Shown here: positions 9,548 to 18,208 of the stretch, one piece after another
How the letters are laid out: every line of letters begins with the position of its first letter
Numbering within the stretch: position 1 is the stretch's first letter
Virus record (IMG/VR): IMGVR_UViG_3300020176_000008
Location: 1-32,607 of that record
Strand: one strand, 5' to 3'
Length of the DNA stretch: 32,607 nucleotides
From: a virus
Notes under the pieces: generated by a model
Seen by the model: only the letters and a program-made list of their open reading frames with translations
Database searches by the model: none
What the model was told of the DNA's origin: nothing
Made by a program: the position numbers and the translations under genes

Positions 9548-10459
9548 ATGTCAATTGATCAAAAAATCGCTCAGCTAATGGAAGAGTCTGAAAAGCTCCA
9601 GGCTGAAGAGTCACAAGAAGTTGTTGCTGAAGAGGCAACTGAAGAAGTAGTAGCTGAAGAAGCCGCTACGGAAGAGCAAGTTGAAGTTGTTGCTGAAGAA
9701 GCCCAAGAAGAAACCGCTGAGTTATCAGTTGACGTTTCTGCTGACGTTGCTGCTTTAGTTAACGGCGAAGAACTTAGCGAAGAATTTAAAACCAAAGCTG
9801 CTACGATTTTCGAAGCTGCTGTGGTAACTCGTGTTAAGTCAGAAATGGCTAAACTCGAAGAACAGTTTGAAACTCAACTTGCTGAACAAGTTGAAGAAAT
9901 CAAAGATGGGTTAGTTGAAAAAGTTGATGGATATCTCAACTACGTTGTTGAGCAGTGGATGACTGATAATGAAATCGCCCTTGAAAATGGCTTAAAGAAT
10001 GAAATCCTAGAAAGCTTCGTAAGCGGCATGAAGGGTTTGTTCCAAGAGCACTATATCGAAGTACCTGAAGACAAGTTTGACATCTTAGGTGATATGCAGC
10101 AAGAGATTGTTGACATGAAATCTAAGCTAGACGAGCAACTATCTACTAACGTAGATTTGTCCGCCAAGTTGAACCAGATGGTACGAGTTTCTGCAATTGA
10201 TGAAGTTTCTTCACAGTTAGCAGATACAGACGCTGAAAAGTTCAAAGCTTTAGCCGAAGAGTTATCTTTTGAAGACTCTGAAACTTTTAAAACAAAGCTT
10301 GAAACTATCAAAGAAAACTATTTCGGCCAGAAGCAGCAAACTGCCAAAGTTGATACTGTCGTAACTGATGAACCAGTCGAGCAATTAGACGAGAGCGTAA
10401 AAGCTCAAATCGACCCTCGCATGGAAAGATACTTAACAGCGTTTAGGTCATCTAAGTAA
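9548..10459 (+). CDS. 22: prohead core scaffold gp22
   Basis: Acidic coiled coil; LSEEFKTKAATIFEAAV and VDGYLNYVVEQW; between g21 and g23; three EVVAEEA repeats near the N-terminus. Confidence 0.94.
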   Translation: MSIDQKIAQLMEESEKLQAEESQEVVAEEATEEVVAEEAATEEQVEVVAEEAQEETAELSVDVSADVAALVNGEELSEEFKTKAATIFEAAVVTRVKSEMAKLEEQFETQLAEQVEEIKDGLVEKVDGYLNYVVEQWMTDNEIALENGLKNEILESFVSGMKGLFQEHYIEVPEDKFDILGDMQQEIVDMKSKLDEQLSTNVDLSAKLNQMVRVSAIDEVSSQLADTDAEKFKALAEELSFEDSETFKTKLETIKENYFGQKQQTAKVDTVVTDEPVEQLDESVKAQIDPRMERYLTAFRSSK

Positions 10460-10489
10460 TCTATTAAATCTTTTAAAGGAAAATATAAA

Positions 10490-11734
10490 ATGGCAACACG
10501 TCCAGAATTATTGAAAAAGTGGTCACCAATCCTAGAAGCCGAAGGCGTTTCTAAAATTGGTGACCAATACCGTCGTGAAGTTACCGCTCAACTCTTGGAA
10601 AACCAAGAGCGTGCGATGCATGAAGGTGCTCAGGCACTTTTCGAAACTTCTTCTATCGCTAACCAAGGTGGTGGTTCTATCGCTGGTGGACAAGCTAATG
10701 CAGCTGGTTCAGGCGTTGACGGCTACGATCCAGTTCTAATCAGCTTGGTTCGTCGTGCAGCTCCACAAATGATCGCTTATGACATTTGCGGTGTTCAGCC
10801 AATGACACAACCTACCGGTTTGATCTTCGCAATGAAGAGCCGTTACGAAGACCAAGCAGGTGCTGAAGCATTGTTCAACGAAGCCGATACTGGTTTCGCT
10901 GGTACAGGTGCTCATCCAGCTGGTACTGGTATGTCTACTGCTTCTTCTGAAGACCTAGGCGAGAACGGTACGTTCGGTCAAATGGCTTTCTCAATCGAGC
11001 GTACATCAGTTGTTGCTAAGACACGTGCATTGCGTGCTGAGTACACTGTTGAACTTGCTCAAGACTTGAAGGCTGTTCACGGTCTAGACGCCGAAGGCGA
11101 ATTGAGCAACATTCTCTCAACAGAGATCACCCAAGAAATCAACCGTGAAGTTGTTCGTACAATGTACACAGCTGCTAAAGTTGGTGCACAAAACGGTACA
11201 GCCGTTGCTGGTACATTCAACCTAGACGTTGACTCTAGCGGCCGTTGGTCAGTTGAGAAGTTCAAGGGCTTGATGTTCCAAATCGAACGCGAAGCTAACT
11301 TGATCGCCAAAGAAACACGTCGTGGCCGTGGTAACTTCATCGTTACTTCTGCTGACGTAGCTTCTGCCTTGGCCATGGCCGGCGTGTTGGATTACACTCC
11401 TGCATTGTCTACTGGCTTGAACGTTGACGAGTCTTCAACAACCTTCGCTGGTGTGTTGAACGGCAAGTACAAAGTGTATGTTGACCCATACTTCAGCACA
11501 ACTGCTGCTGACCAATTCTTCTTGGTTGGTTACAAGGGTACTTCTGCATTCGACGCTGGTATGTTCTACTGCCCGTACGTTCCATTGGAGAAAGTTCGTG
11601 CTATCGATCCAGCTACGTTCCAGCCAAAGATTGGCTTCAAGACTCGCTACGGTATGGTTGCAAACCCATTCACTAGCTTGTCAGCTGGCGCTAACGTTTA
11701 CTACCGCAAGGTAACAGTTACTAACTTGATGTAA
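10490..11734 (+). CDS. 23: major capsid protein gp23
   Basis: KKWSPIL, LLENQE, DICGVQPMTQPTGLIFAM, AQDLKAVHGLDAE and FQPKIGFKTRYG. Confidence 0.98.
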   Translation: MATRPELLKKWSPILEAEGVSKIGDQYRREVTAQLLENQERAMHEGAQALFETSSIANQGGGSIAGGQANAAGSGVDGYDPVLISLVRRAAPQMIAYDICGVQPMTQPTGLIFAMKSRYEDQAGAEALFNEADTGFAGTGAHPAGTGMSTASSEDLGENGTFGQMAFSIERTSVVAKTRALRAEYTVELAQDLKAVHGLDAEGELSNILSTEITQEINREVVRTMYTAAKVGAQNGTAVAGTFNLDVDSSGRWSVEKFKGLMFQIEREANLIAKETRRGRGNFIVTSADVASALAMAGVLDYTPALSTGLNVDESSTTFAGVLNGKYKVYVDPYFSTTAADQFFLVGYKGTSAFDAGMFYCPYVPLEKVRAIDPATFQPKIGFKTRYGMVANPFTSLSAGANVYYRKVTVTNLM

Positions 11735-11762
11735 TTGACGAAACCTACGTAGATAGGTATTT

Positions 11763-11792
11763 AAAGGGATCCTTCGGGATCCCTTTTTTTTT
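11763..11792 (+). terminator. Rho-independent terminator
   Basis: AAAGGGATCC-TTCG-GGATCCCTTT followed by a T run; C(UUCG)G loop. Confidence 0.95.
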
Positions 11793-11794
11793 AT

Positions 11795-11802
11795 TATAAA
11801 TA
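11795..11802 (+). promoter_or_regulatory. T4-type late promoter
   Basis: Exact TATAAATA upstream of g3. Confidence 0.85.
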
Positions 11803-11823
11803 GTGTATCATGAGGATAATCAT

Positions 11824-12357
11824 ATGACCATCAGAACTTTAGCCTGTCCATTACCAGCTGGAATAAACTCGTTGTCCCCAGCGGGATACATGTTCAACAT
11901 TCAAAAATTGCCAGAGTTGACGTACTTCTGTCAGCAGGTATCATTGCCATCTATTAATCTAGGAAATACTGAATTCATGAACCCATTGGTTCGAGTACCA
12001 GTACCTGGAGATACTTTAGACTTCGAACCATTACGGATAGAGTTCGTGGTTGATACGGGTATGCTTAACTATCAAGCTGTTTATAGTTGGTTGACTGGTA
12101 TTGCTTACCCAGAAGATAATTTACAGTTTACTTCTTTTAAAGCGCAACAGACGTTTCAAACTACTGATGTATCATCTATGGTGTCAGATGCCACTTTAGC
12201 CATATTAGATAATAATAACAATAAAAGTGCAACTGTTACATTCAAAGATTGTTATCCTTTAAACATAGAGTCATTGACTTTCTCATCTACTATTGATGAT
12301 GTACAAGTCATGATTGGTGCTGCAACTTTTGCATACACGATATATACATTTTCATAA
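11824..12357 (+). CDS. 3: tail tube terminator/completion protein gp3-like
   Basis: LSPAGYMFNIQKLPELTYFCQQVSLPSI, PVPGDTLDF and SDATLAILD; SD GAGGA before ATG 11824; usual position after g23 in many T4-like phages. Confidence 0.85.
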   Translation: MTIRTLACPLPAGINSLSPAGYMFNIQKLPELTYFCQQVSLPSINLGNTEFMNPLVRVPVPGDTLDFEPLRIEFVVDTGMLNYQAVYSWLTGIAYPEDNLQFTSFKAQQTFQTTDVSSMVSDATLAILDNNNNKSATVTFKDCYPLNIESLTFSSTIDDVQVMIGAATFAYTIYTFS

Positions 12358-12358
12358 T

Positions 12359-12388
12359 TAATTATTTGTATCCAGAGATACATTATAC
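12359..12388. repeat. 30-nt dispersed repeat, copy 2
   Basis: TAATTATTTGTATCCAGAGATACATTATAC; 28/30 identical to 1508-1537. Confidence 0.85.
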
Positions 12389-12442
12389 TGTGAGTAGCCT
12401 ATTAAACTACTCGAAGTGGATGAATTAGAATATTCCTCCTTG

Positions 12443-12451
12443 TGATATAAT
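12443..12451 (+). promoter_or_regulatory. extended -10 promoter for uvsY-uvsW
   Basis: TGATATAAT about 30 nt before the uvsY ATG. Confidence 0.6.
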
Positions 12452-12481
12452 ATGGTTATTCGTTATGGATAGTGGAAAATT

Positions 12482-12919
12482 ATGACTTTAGATGAACTAA
12501 TTGATCAATGGGAAAAAGATAGTACAGTCGACGGGGACAACCTCGATCGAGAGTCTATACGTACACCCAACATACATTCCAAATACCTTCGTATCATGAT
12601 GACTTACAAGATGAAGTTGTCTGCATTGAAGGTGGAATACAGTACCCTACGACAAACTAAATTTCGTTACTATCGTGGCGAGATGGGCAAAGTTGAGCTC
12701 GAACAATATGGATGGGAACAGTGGCAAGGTGTTAAGCCACTTAAGTCTGACATGAACGAGTTCCTTGATGGCGATGCCGACTTGAACAAAATTACGATTA
12801 AGTGTCAATACTTGGAAAATATGATCCAAGGCGTAGAGTCTATGATGAATCAAATTAAAGCTCGTGATTGGCAGATCCGCAACTCCATTGAATGGAAGAA
12901 ATTCATCACTGGCCAATGA
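12482..12919 (+). CDS. uvsY: recombination mediator UvsY
   Basis: WEKDS..D, IHSKYL, YYRG and RDWQIRNSIEWKKF; upstream of uvsW. Confidence 0.92.
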   Translation: MTLDELIDQWEKDSTVDGDNLDRESIRTPNIHSKYLRIMMTYKMKLSALKVEYSTLRQTKFRYYRGEMGKVELEQYGWEQWQGVKPLKSDMNEFLDGDADLNKITIKCQYLENMIQGVESMMNQIKARDWQIRNSIEWKKFITGQ

Positions 12920-14394
12920 TTACAATTACTAAACTTAACGAATCAACTATCCGTGTTATTGGCGATGATAGCATTGAACAAGAGCTCAGAGACTTCTTTA
13001 CGTTTGACGTTCCTGGTGCTCGTTATACTCCAATGTATAAAGCCAAGATGTGGGATGGAAAGATTCGCATGTATGATATACACCGCAAGACATTGCAAAA
13101 AGGTCTGTATAACTACGTGGTTAAGTTTTGTGAAAAGAACGGCTATAAGTATGCGCACGATGGTGAGGTACTAACTAAGACCGATATTGGTTTACCTAAA
13201 GTGCAGGAATTCATACAGTGGTTGAATCCATGCTCTCGTGGTGTACCAATCACTCCGCGTGATTACCAGATAGAAGCTGTCCACCATGCTATTGAGAATG
13301 AAAGAGCTTTGTTACTCTCTCCGACTGCATCAGGTAAGTCTCTCATCATTTACAGCACTATGCGCTATCATTTGGAACACGATAGAAAGTGTATCATCAT
13401 AGTTCCAACAACCAGTCTTGTTGAACAGATGTATGCAGATTTTGTAGATTACTCTACTGGAAACGGATGGAATGTAGAGAAACATTGCCAAAAACTTTAT
13501 AGCGGATTTACTCGCGATGTAAGTTCTAACGTGTTGATTACCACATGGCAATCTGTCTATAAGCAACCAGCAGCGTGGTTTAAACAGTTTGATGTGTGTT
13601 TCGGTGATGAAGCCCACTTGTTTAAAGCAAAGTCATTGACTTCTGCCATGGATAAGATGAGCGAGACTAGATACCGCATCGGTACTACTGGAACTATTGA
13701 TGCAAAGAACGCAAACAAGCTAGTTCTTGAAGGTGTATTTGGACCAGTTCACAAGGTTATTACAACCAAAGAGCTTATGGACAATAACCAGGTTGCAGCT
13801 CTAAAAATAAAGTGCTTGATGCTGAAGTATGATGACGAGTCACGTAAATTGCTCAAGGGTGCTAGCTATCAGAATGAGATGAACTTCATTGTGCAGCATG
13901 AAAAGCGTAATAAGTTTATACGTAACCTCACTATAAATTGTGAAGGCAATACGTTGTTATTGTTTCAATACGTAGAAAAACACGGCAAGATCTTACATGA
14001 CATGATTCGTGATAAGGTCGGTGATACTCGTAAAATTTATTTTGTCTATGGCGGTACCGATGTTGAGGCAAGAGAGGAAGCTCGTAGGATCACGGAAAAG
14101 AATGATGATGTTATAATTATTGCATCATACGGAGTATTCTCTACTGGTATTAACATTCCATCGATTGAGAACGTTATTTTTGCTTCACCATCGAAGTCTA
14201 AGATTCGTAACCTCCAGTCGATTGGTCGTGGTCTACGCCTGAAGAACGGAAAGACCCACTGTAACTTGTTTGATATCTCCGATGATCTTTCTTGGAAGTC
14301 TAAGAAAAACCACACATTAAACCACCTAACTGAACGTCTTAAGATATATTCTGAAGAACAGTTTAAGTATAAACTTATGGAGATAGATCTTTGA
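12916..14394 (+). CDS. uvsW: SF2 helicase UvsW
   Basis: PRDYQ, SPTASGKS, GDEAH and QSIGRGLR; an ATGA overlap with the uvsY stop supports start 12916. Confidence 0.95.
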   Translation: MITITKLNESTIRVIGDDSIEQELRDFFTFDVPGARYTPMYKAKMWDGKIRMYDIHRKTLQKGLYNYVVKFCEKNGYKYAHDGEVLTKTDIGLPKVQEFIQWLNPCSRGVPITPRDYQIEAVHHAIENERALLLSPTASGKSLIIYSTMRYHLEHDRKCIIIVPTTSLVEQMYADFVDYSTGNGWNVEKHCQKLYSGFTRDVSSNVLITTWQSVYKQPAAWFKQFDVCFGDEAHLFKAKSLTSAMDKMSETRYRIGTTGTIDAKNANKLVLEGVFGPVHKVITTKELMDNNQVAALKIKCLMLKYDDESRKLLKGASYQNEMNFIVQHEKRNKFIRNLTINCEGNTLLLFQYVEKHGKILHDMIRDKVGDTRKIYFVYGGTDVEAREEARRITEKNDDVIIIASYGVFSTGINIPSIENVIFASPSKSKIRNLQSIGRGLRLKNGKTHCNLFDISDDLSWKSKKNHTLNHLTERLKIYSEEQFKYKLMEIDL

Positions 14395-14783
14395 AAGTCG
14401 TAATAATTAAACTTATAAACGGAGAAACATTACTTGGTGAATATATCGATAAAGACCAAGTGTATATTTCCATCAATCGACCTCTTGAAGTTAAAATGAC
14501 TCCTAGCGTTGTTGGCGGTCAACTCGTGGAGAACCCAGTAATTTCAATGTACAGTCAGTTTGCTAAAGAAGAAGTATTTGACTTCCGCGGAGACCATATA
14601 CTCTACTGTGTAGAGGCTCTTTCCAAGATTGCAGATTTTTATATTAAGACCTCGGATGAAATGTATAACGTTGATATCAATGCTATCACTATAAAAGACT
14701 TTGAAGCTGGTTCTGAGGAAGAGAAAAAAGAAGGTATTGATATCGACGCAGTTCTTCAAAATTCAAAAAAGATCATGCATTAA
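14391..14783 (+). CDS. conserved T4-like hypothetical (IKLINGE N-terminus, Sm-like fold suspected)
   Basis: TTG start overlapping the uvsW stop with a GGAG SD; usual gene between uvsW and g55. Confidence 0.7.
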   Translation: MKVVIIKLINGETLLGEYIDKDQVYISINRPLEVKMTPSVVGGQLVENPVISMYSQFAKEEVFDFRGDHILYCVEALSKIADFYIKTSDEMYNVDINAITIKDFEAGSEEEKKEGIDIDAVLQNSKKIMH

Positions 14784-14823
14784 TATACAAATATAGTATA
14801 TAATATATGATAAAGGAACACAT

Positions 14824-15387
14824 ATGGCACATTACGTAAACAACGCGGAAATGCTTGCGGCTATTAAAGAATATAAGCTAGCACTCAAGACGGCTAAAGA
14901 AAATGATACAACACATCCAAGGATACCTGAGTACCTTGGTAAGTGTGTACTTATGATTGCAACAAAACTATCGCATAAACCAAATTTTATTAACTATTCG
15001 TATCGTGATGATATGATTAGCGATGGTATTGAAAACTGTGTTATGTGTATTGATAGTTTCAATCCTGAAAAATCTTCTAATCCATTTGCATATTTTACTC
15101 AGGTAATCTATTACGCATTTTTGCGTCGTATCCAAAAAGAAAAGAAGCAATCTTACATCAAAGGCAAGATGATTCAGGAAATGCCATTTGATTCTTTCGA
15201 GACTCAAGATCACGACGAAGGCGAATTCATTAATAACTATTTGTCATTCGTTCAGACTCATTCCAATTTTGATGATTCTTTCATTCGTAAGAAGGAAAAG
15301 AAAAAACCAGTTACTAAAGATGATCAGTCTTTAGTAAAATTTATTGATGATGGAGAACCTGTAAATGACGATAGCAGTAATAACTGA
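14824..15387 (+). CDS. 55: late sigma factor gp55
   Basis: HYVNN, NFINYSYRDDMISDGIENC and NPFAYFTQVIYYAFLRRIQKEKKQ; TATAAT at 14799-14804 upstream. Confidence 0.96.
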   Translation: MAHYVNNAEMLAAIKEYKLALKTAKENDTTHPRIPEYLGKCVLMIATKLSHKPNFINYSYRDDMISDGIENCVMCIDSFNPEKSSNPFAYFTQVIYYAFLRRIQKEKKQSYIKGKMIQEMPFDSFETQDHDEGEFINNYLSFVQTHSNFDDSFIRKKEKKKPVTKDDQSLVKFIDDGEPVNDDSSNN

Positions 15388-16414
15388 TCAACACTTTGGT
15401 GCGCGTGGTGATAGTGGACAGTGTCTAGATTACTATCAGAAATTCTATGATAATGTTTTCTTCCCTTCCATAGTGGAGAAGGGTGTATCATCTGTATACA
15501 TCCTAGGTGATACATTCGATCGTCGCAAGTATGTCAACTTCAATACTCTTGCTCGCGCGAAGAAAATGTTTTTTGACAAGCTTCAAGAAATGGATATGCC
15601 TGTAGTGATGATTGCAGGTAATCATGACACATACTTTAAAAACACCAATGAGGTCAATTCACCAGATCTTCTTTTGGTTGAATATTCAAATATCACGATT
15701 ATTGATAGTCCTACCACGATTATTGATGGCGTATATGTGTGTATGCTTCCATGGATCTGCGCTGATAACTATCAAGCAAGCTTAGAGGAAATCAAGAATA
15801 CCAAAGCAGAAATCTGTATGGGCCACCTTGAAATCGCAGGCTTTACGATGTACCGTGGACATGAGTCTCAGGATGGACTAGATACTTCAATCTTCAACAA
15901 GTTTGATACAGTATTTTCAGGCCACTACCATCACAAATCTTCTAAAGGCAATATCCACTATTTGGGCAACCCGTATGAGCTAACATGGCAAGACTACAAT
16001 GATCCACGTGGGTTTCATATTTTTGATTTGCAGACTCGTGAGTTAGAATTCATTCAAAATCCTTACACCATGTTTGAGCGTTACGAGTACGATGATACAC
16101 AAGAAGTCATTAATGATTTTTCACGATTCACTGACAAGTATGTTAAAATCATTGTTGTAAACAAGACTGATCTATATAAATTCGATCTTTTCATCAATGG
16201 ACTGTATCAAAGTAATCCTCAAGATGTTAAAATTGTAGAGGACTTCTCAGAGTTTACCGATGGAGAAGTCGATGAAAATATCAATTTAGAAGATACATCA
16301 TCTGTATTGATGGATTATATTGAATCACTTGAGACTGATAGCGACAAAGAAAAGATTAAGAAATTTATGAAGTCTTTGTATATGGAAGCATTGAATACAA
16401 CAGAACATGATTAA
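15365..16414 (+). CDS. 47: recombination nuclease gp47 (Mre11/SbcD-like)
   Basis: ITDQHFG, LGDTFDRR, GNHD and FSGHYH phosphoesterase motifs. Confidence 0.95.
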   Translation: MTIAVITDQHFGARGDSGQCLDYYQKFYDNVFFPSIVEKGVSSVYILGDTFDRRKYVNFNTLARAKKMFFDKLQEMDMPVVMIAGNHDTYFKNTNEVNSPDLLLVEYSNITIIDSPTTIIDGVYVCMLPWICADNYQASLEEIKNTKAEICMGHLEIAGFTMYRGHESQDGLDTSIFNKFDTVFSGHYHHKSSKGNIHYLGNPYELTWQDYNDPRGFHIFDLQTRELEFIQNPYTMFERYEYDDTQEVINDFSRFTDKYVKIIVVNKTDLYKFDLFINGLYQSNPQDVKIVEDFSEFTDGEVDENINLEDTSSVLMDYIESLETDSDKEKIKKFMKSLYMEALNTTEHD

Positions 16415-18119
16415 CTTTAAGCAAATATCTTGGAAGAATTTTCTATCAACAGGAAATTCTGCAAATACAATCCAATTAAACCGTTCTGCATCTACACTCA
16501 TTGTAGGTAAGAACGGTGAAGGTAAGTCTACTGTATTGGATGCAATCACCTTTGCATTATTCGGCAAGCCTTTCCGTAATATTAACAAACCTCAACTAGT
16601 CAACTCTATCAATGGAAAGAATTGTCTGGTAGAGGTAGAGTTCGATATTGGAAGTGTTTCGTACAAGGTTATTCGTGGTATTAAGCCTGGTATCTTCGAG
16701 GTTTATTGTAACGGCCAATTGATGAATCAGGATGCCGCTGCAAAAGACTATCAAGATGTATTAGAGCGACAGATTCTAAAGCTTAGTTACAAAACATTCA
16801 CCCAAGTTGTTATCTTAGGTTCTGCATCGTTTGTCCCATTCATGCAATTGCCTGCGGCACAACGACGTAGTGTAATTGAAGATATTTTGGACATCAGTGT
16901 GTTCTCCACCATGAACACCATTCTTAAAGAAAAGATTGCGAATACTAAAGACGAAATCCAAGCAGTGGATAATCGTATTACTATTTCTAAGAACGCAGTC
17001 AATGTTCAAAAACGCATGATCGATACCTTAGTCTCTTCTAAGAAAGATCAAGTATCTCAGATCGAAAAACAAATCTCTGATAACATTGCCGATATTGCAA
17101 AGGCTGAAACACAGTTTAAAGATATCGATAAGAAAATTAAAGCCATTTCCGTCGATATTGAAGATAACGATGATCTAGATACTTGGATTGCTGCCGCGAT
17201 TCGTGCAAAATCATCGTTCTCTTCTACAATGGAACGCAATGAGAAAACTTTAAAATTCTTTGCAAAAAATGAAACATGCCCATCATGTTCTCAAGGAATT
17301 CCTCATACCCACAAGGAATCCATCGTCTCTACTTTATCGACCGATCAGGAAGAGCTTGAAGCTCAAATTGCAACTATCGAAGATGCACATTCTAAGTTGA
17401 TCGAACGACAGAAGAAAACTAACAAGCTTAATAAAGAAATCACAGTATTAAATTCACAAGCTCATGCTTTGACTATGTCTATTAGTAATCTTGTAAAGCA
17501 GAACGAGAAGCTTAAGAAAGATATCCAAGACACCCAAGATGATACTGTGAATATTGATGTTGAGAAAGCAAAGCTCAGGGAGATTGCCGAGGAAGCAATG
17601 ACCCTAGTAAATCGTAAGAACGAACTACTTGACGCTAAACAGATACAAGATGTTGCAACCCTTTTGCTCAAAGACACTGGCGTAAAGACTGCAATCATAC
17701 GTGAATATCTGCCAGTCATGAACAAGTTGATTAACGGTTACCTGAGTGCAATGGACTTCTATGTTCACTTTGAACTGGACGAATCATTCAATGAGGTTAT
17801 CAAGTCTAGGTATCGTGATGAGTTTACCTATGCTTCATTCTCGGAGGGTGAAAAGATGCGTATCGATCTTGCCATCTTGTTCACATGGCGTCAGATCGCA
17901 AAGATGAAAAATTCTGTCAATACCAACCTGTTACTCCTGGATGAAATCTTTGATTCATCACTCGATGTTGCAGGTACCGACTACTTCCTCACTATCATGA
18001 ACGCTCTACAGGACAAAACCAACGTGTTCGTCATTAGTCACAAGGGAGATCAACTGTTCGATAAGTTTCATAGTGTAATACGTGTAGAGAAGAAAAACGA
18101 CTTTTCTGTAATACTTTAG
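16407..18119 (+). CDS. 46: recombination ATPase gp46 (Rad50/SbcC-like)
   Basis: GKNGEGKS, CPSC zinc hook, FSEGEK signature, LLLDE and ISH. Confidence 0.96.
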   Translation: MINFKQISWKNFLSTGNSANTIQLNRSASTLIVGKNGEGKSTVLDAITFALFGKPFRNINKPQLVNSINGKNCLVEVEFDIGSVSYKVIRGIKPGIFEVYCNGQLMNQDAAAKDYQDVLERQILKLSYKTFTQVVILGSASFVPFMQLPAAQRRSVIEDILDISVFSTMNTILKEKIANTKDEIQAVDNRITISKNAVNVQKRMIDTLVSSKKDQVSQIEKQISDNIADIAKAETQFKDIDKKIKAISVDIEDNDDLDTWIAAAIRAKSSFSSTMERNEKTLKFFAKNETCPSCSQGIPHTHKESIVSTLSTDQEELEAQIATIEDAHSKLIERQKKTNKLNKEITVLNSQAHALTMSISNLVKQNEKLKKDIQDTQDDTVNIDVEKAKLREIAEEAMTLVNRKNELLDAKQIQDVATLLLKDTGVKTAIIREYLPVMNKLINGYLSAMDFYVHFELDESFNEVIKSRYRDEFTYASFSEGEKMRIDLAILFTWRQIAKMKNSVNTNLLLLDEIFDSSLDVAGTDYFLTIMNALQDKTNVFVISHKGDQLFDKFHSVIRVEKKNDFSVIL

Positions 18120-18134
18120 TACTAATTTCTGGCC

Positions 18135-18187
18135 AAAAGTAATACTCTGGTTCTATATGTACAATAATTGGTATTTTATTGTACAAT
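18135..18187 (+). promoter_or_regulatory. early-type promoter with upstream AAAAGTAATACT box
   Basis: TGTACA-N18-TACAAT; shares AAAAGTAATACT and ATATGT(A/T)CAATAATTGG with 20260-20294. Confidence 0.6.
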
Positions 18188-18208
18188 ACACCTATACCGG
18201 AGATTATT

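Noticed and set aside
15694-15727. 13-nt direct repeat CACGATTATTGAT in g47
   Set aside because: It is in frame (TIID..TIID) and a single short duplication with no evidence of function.
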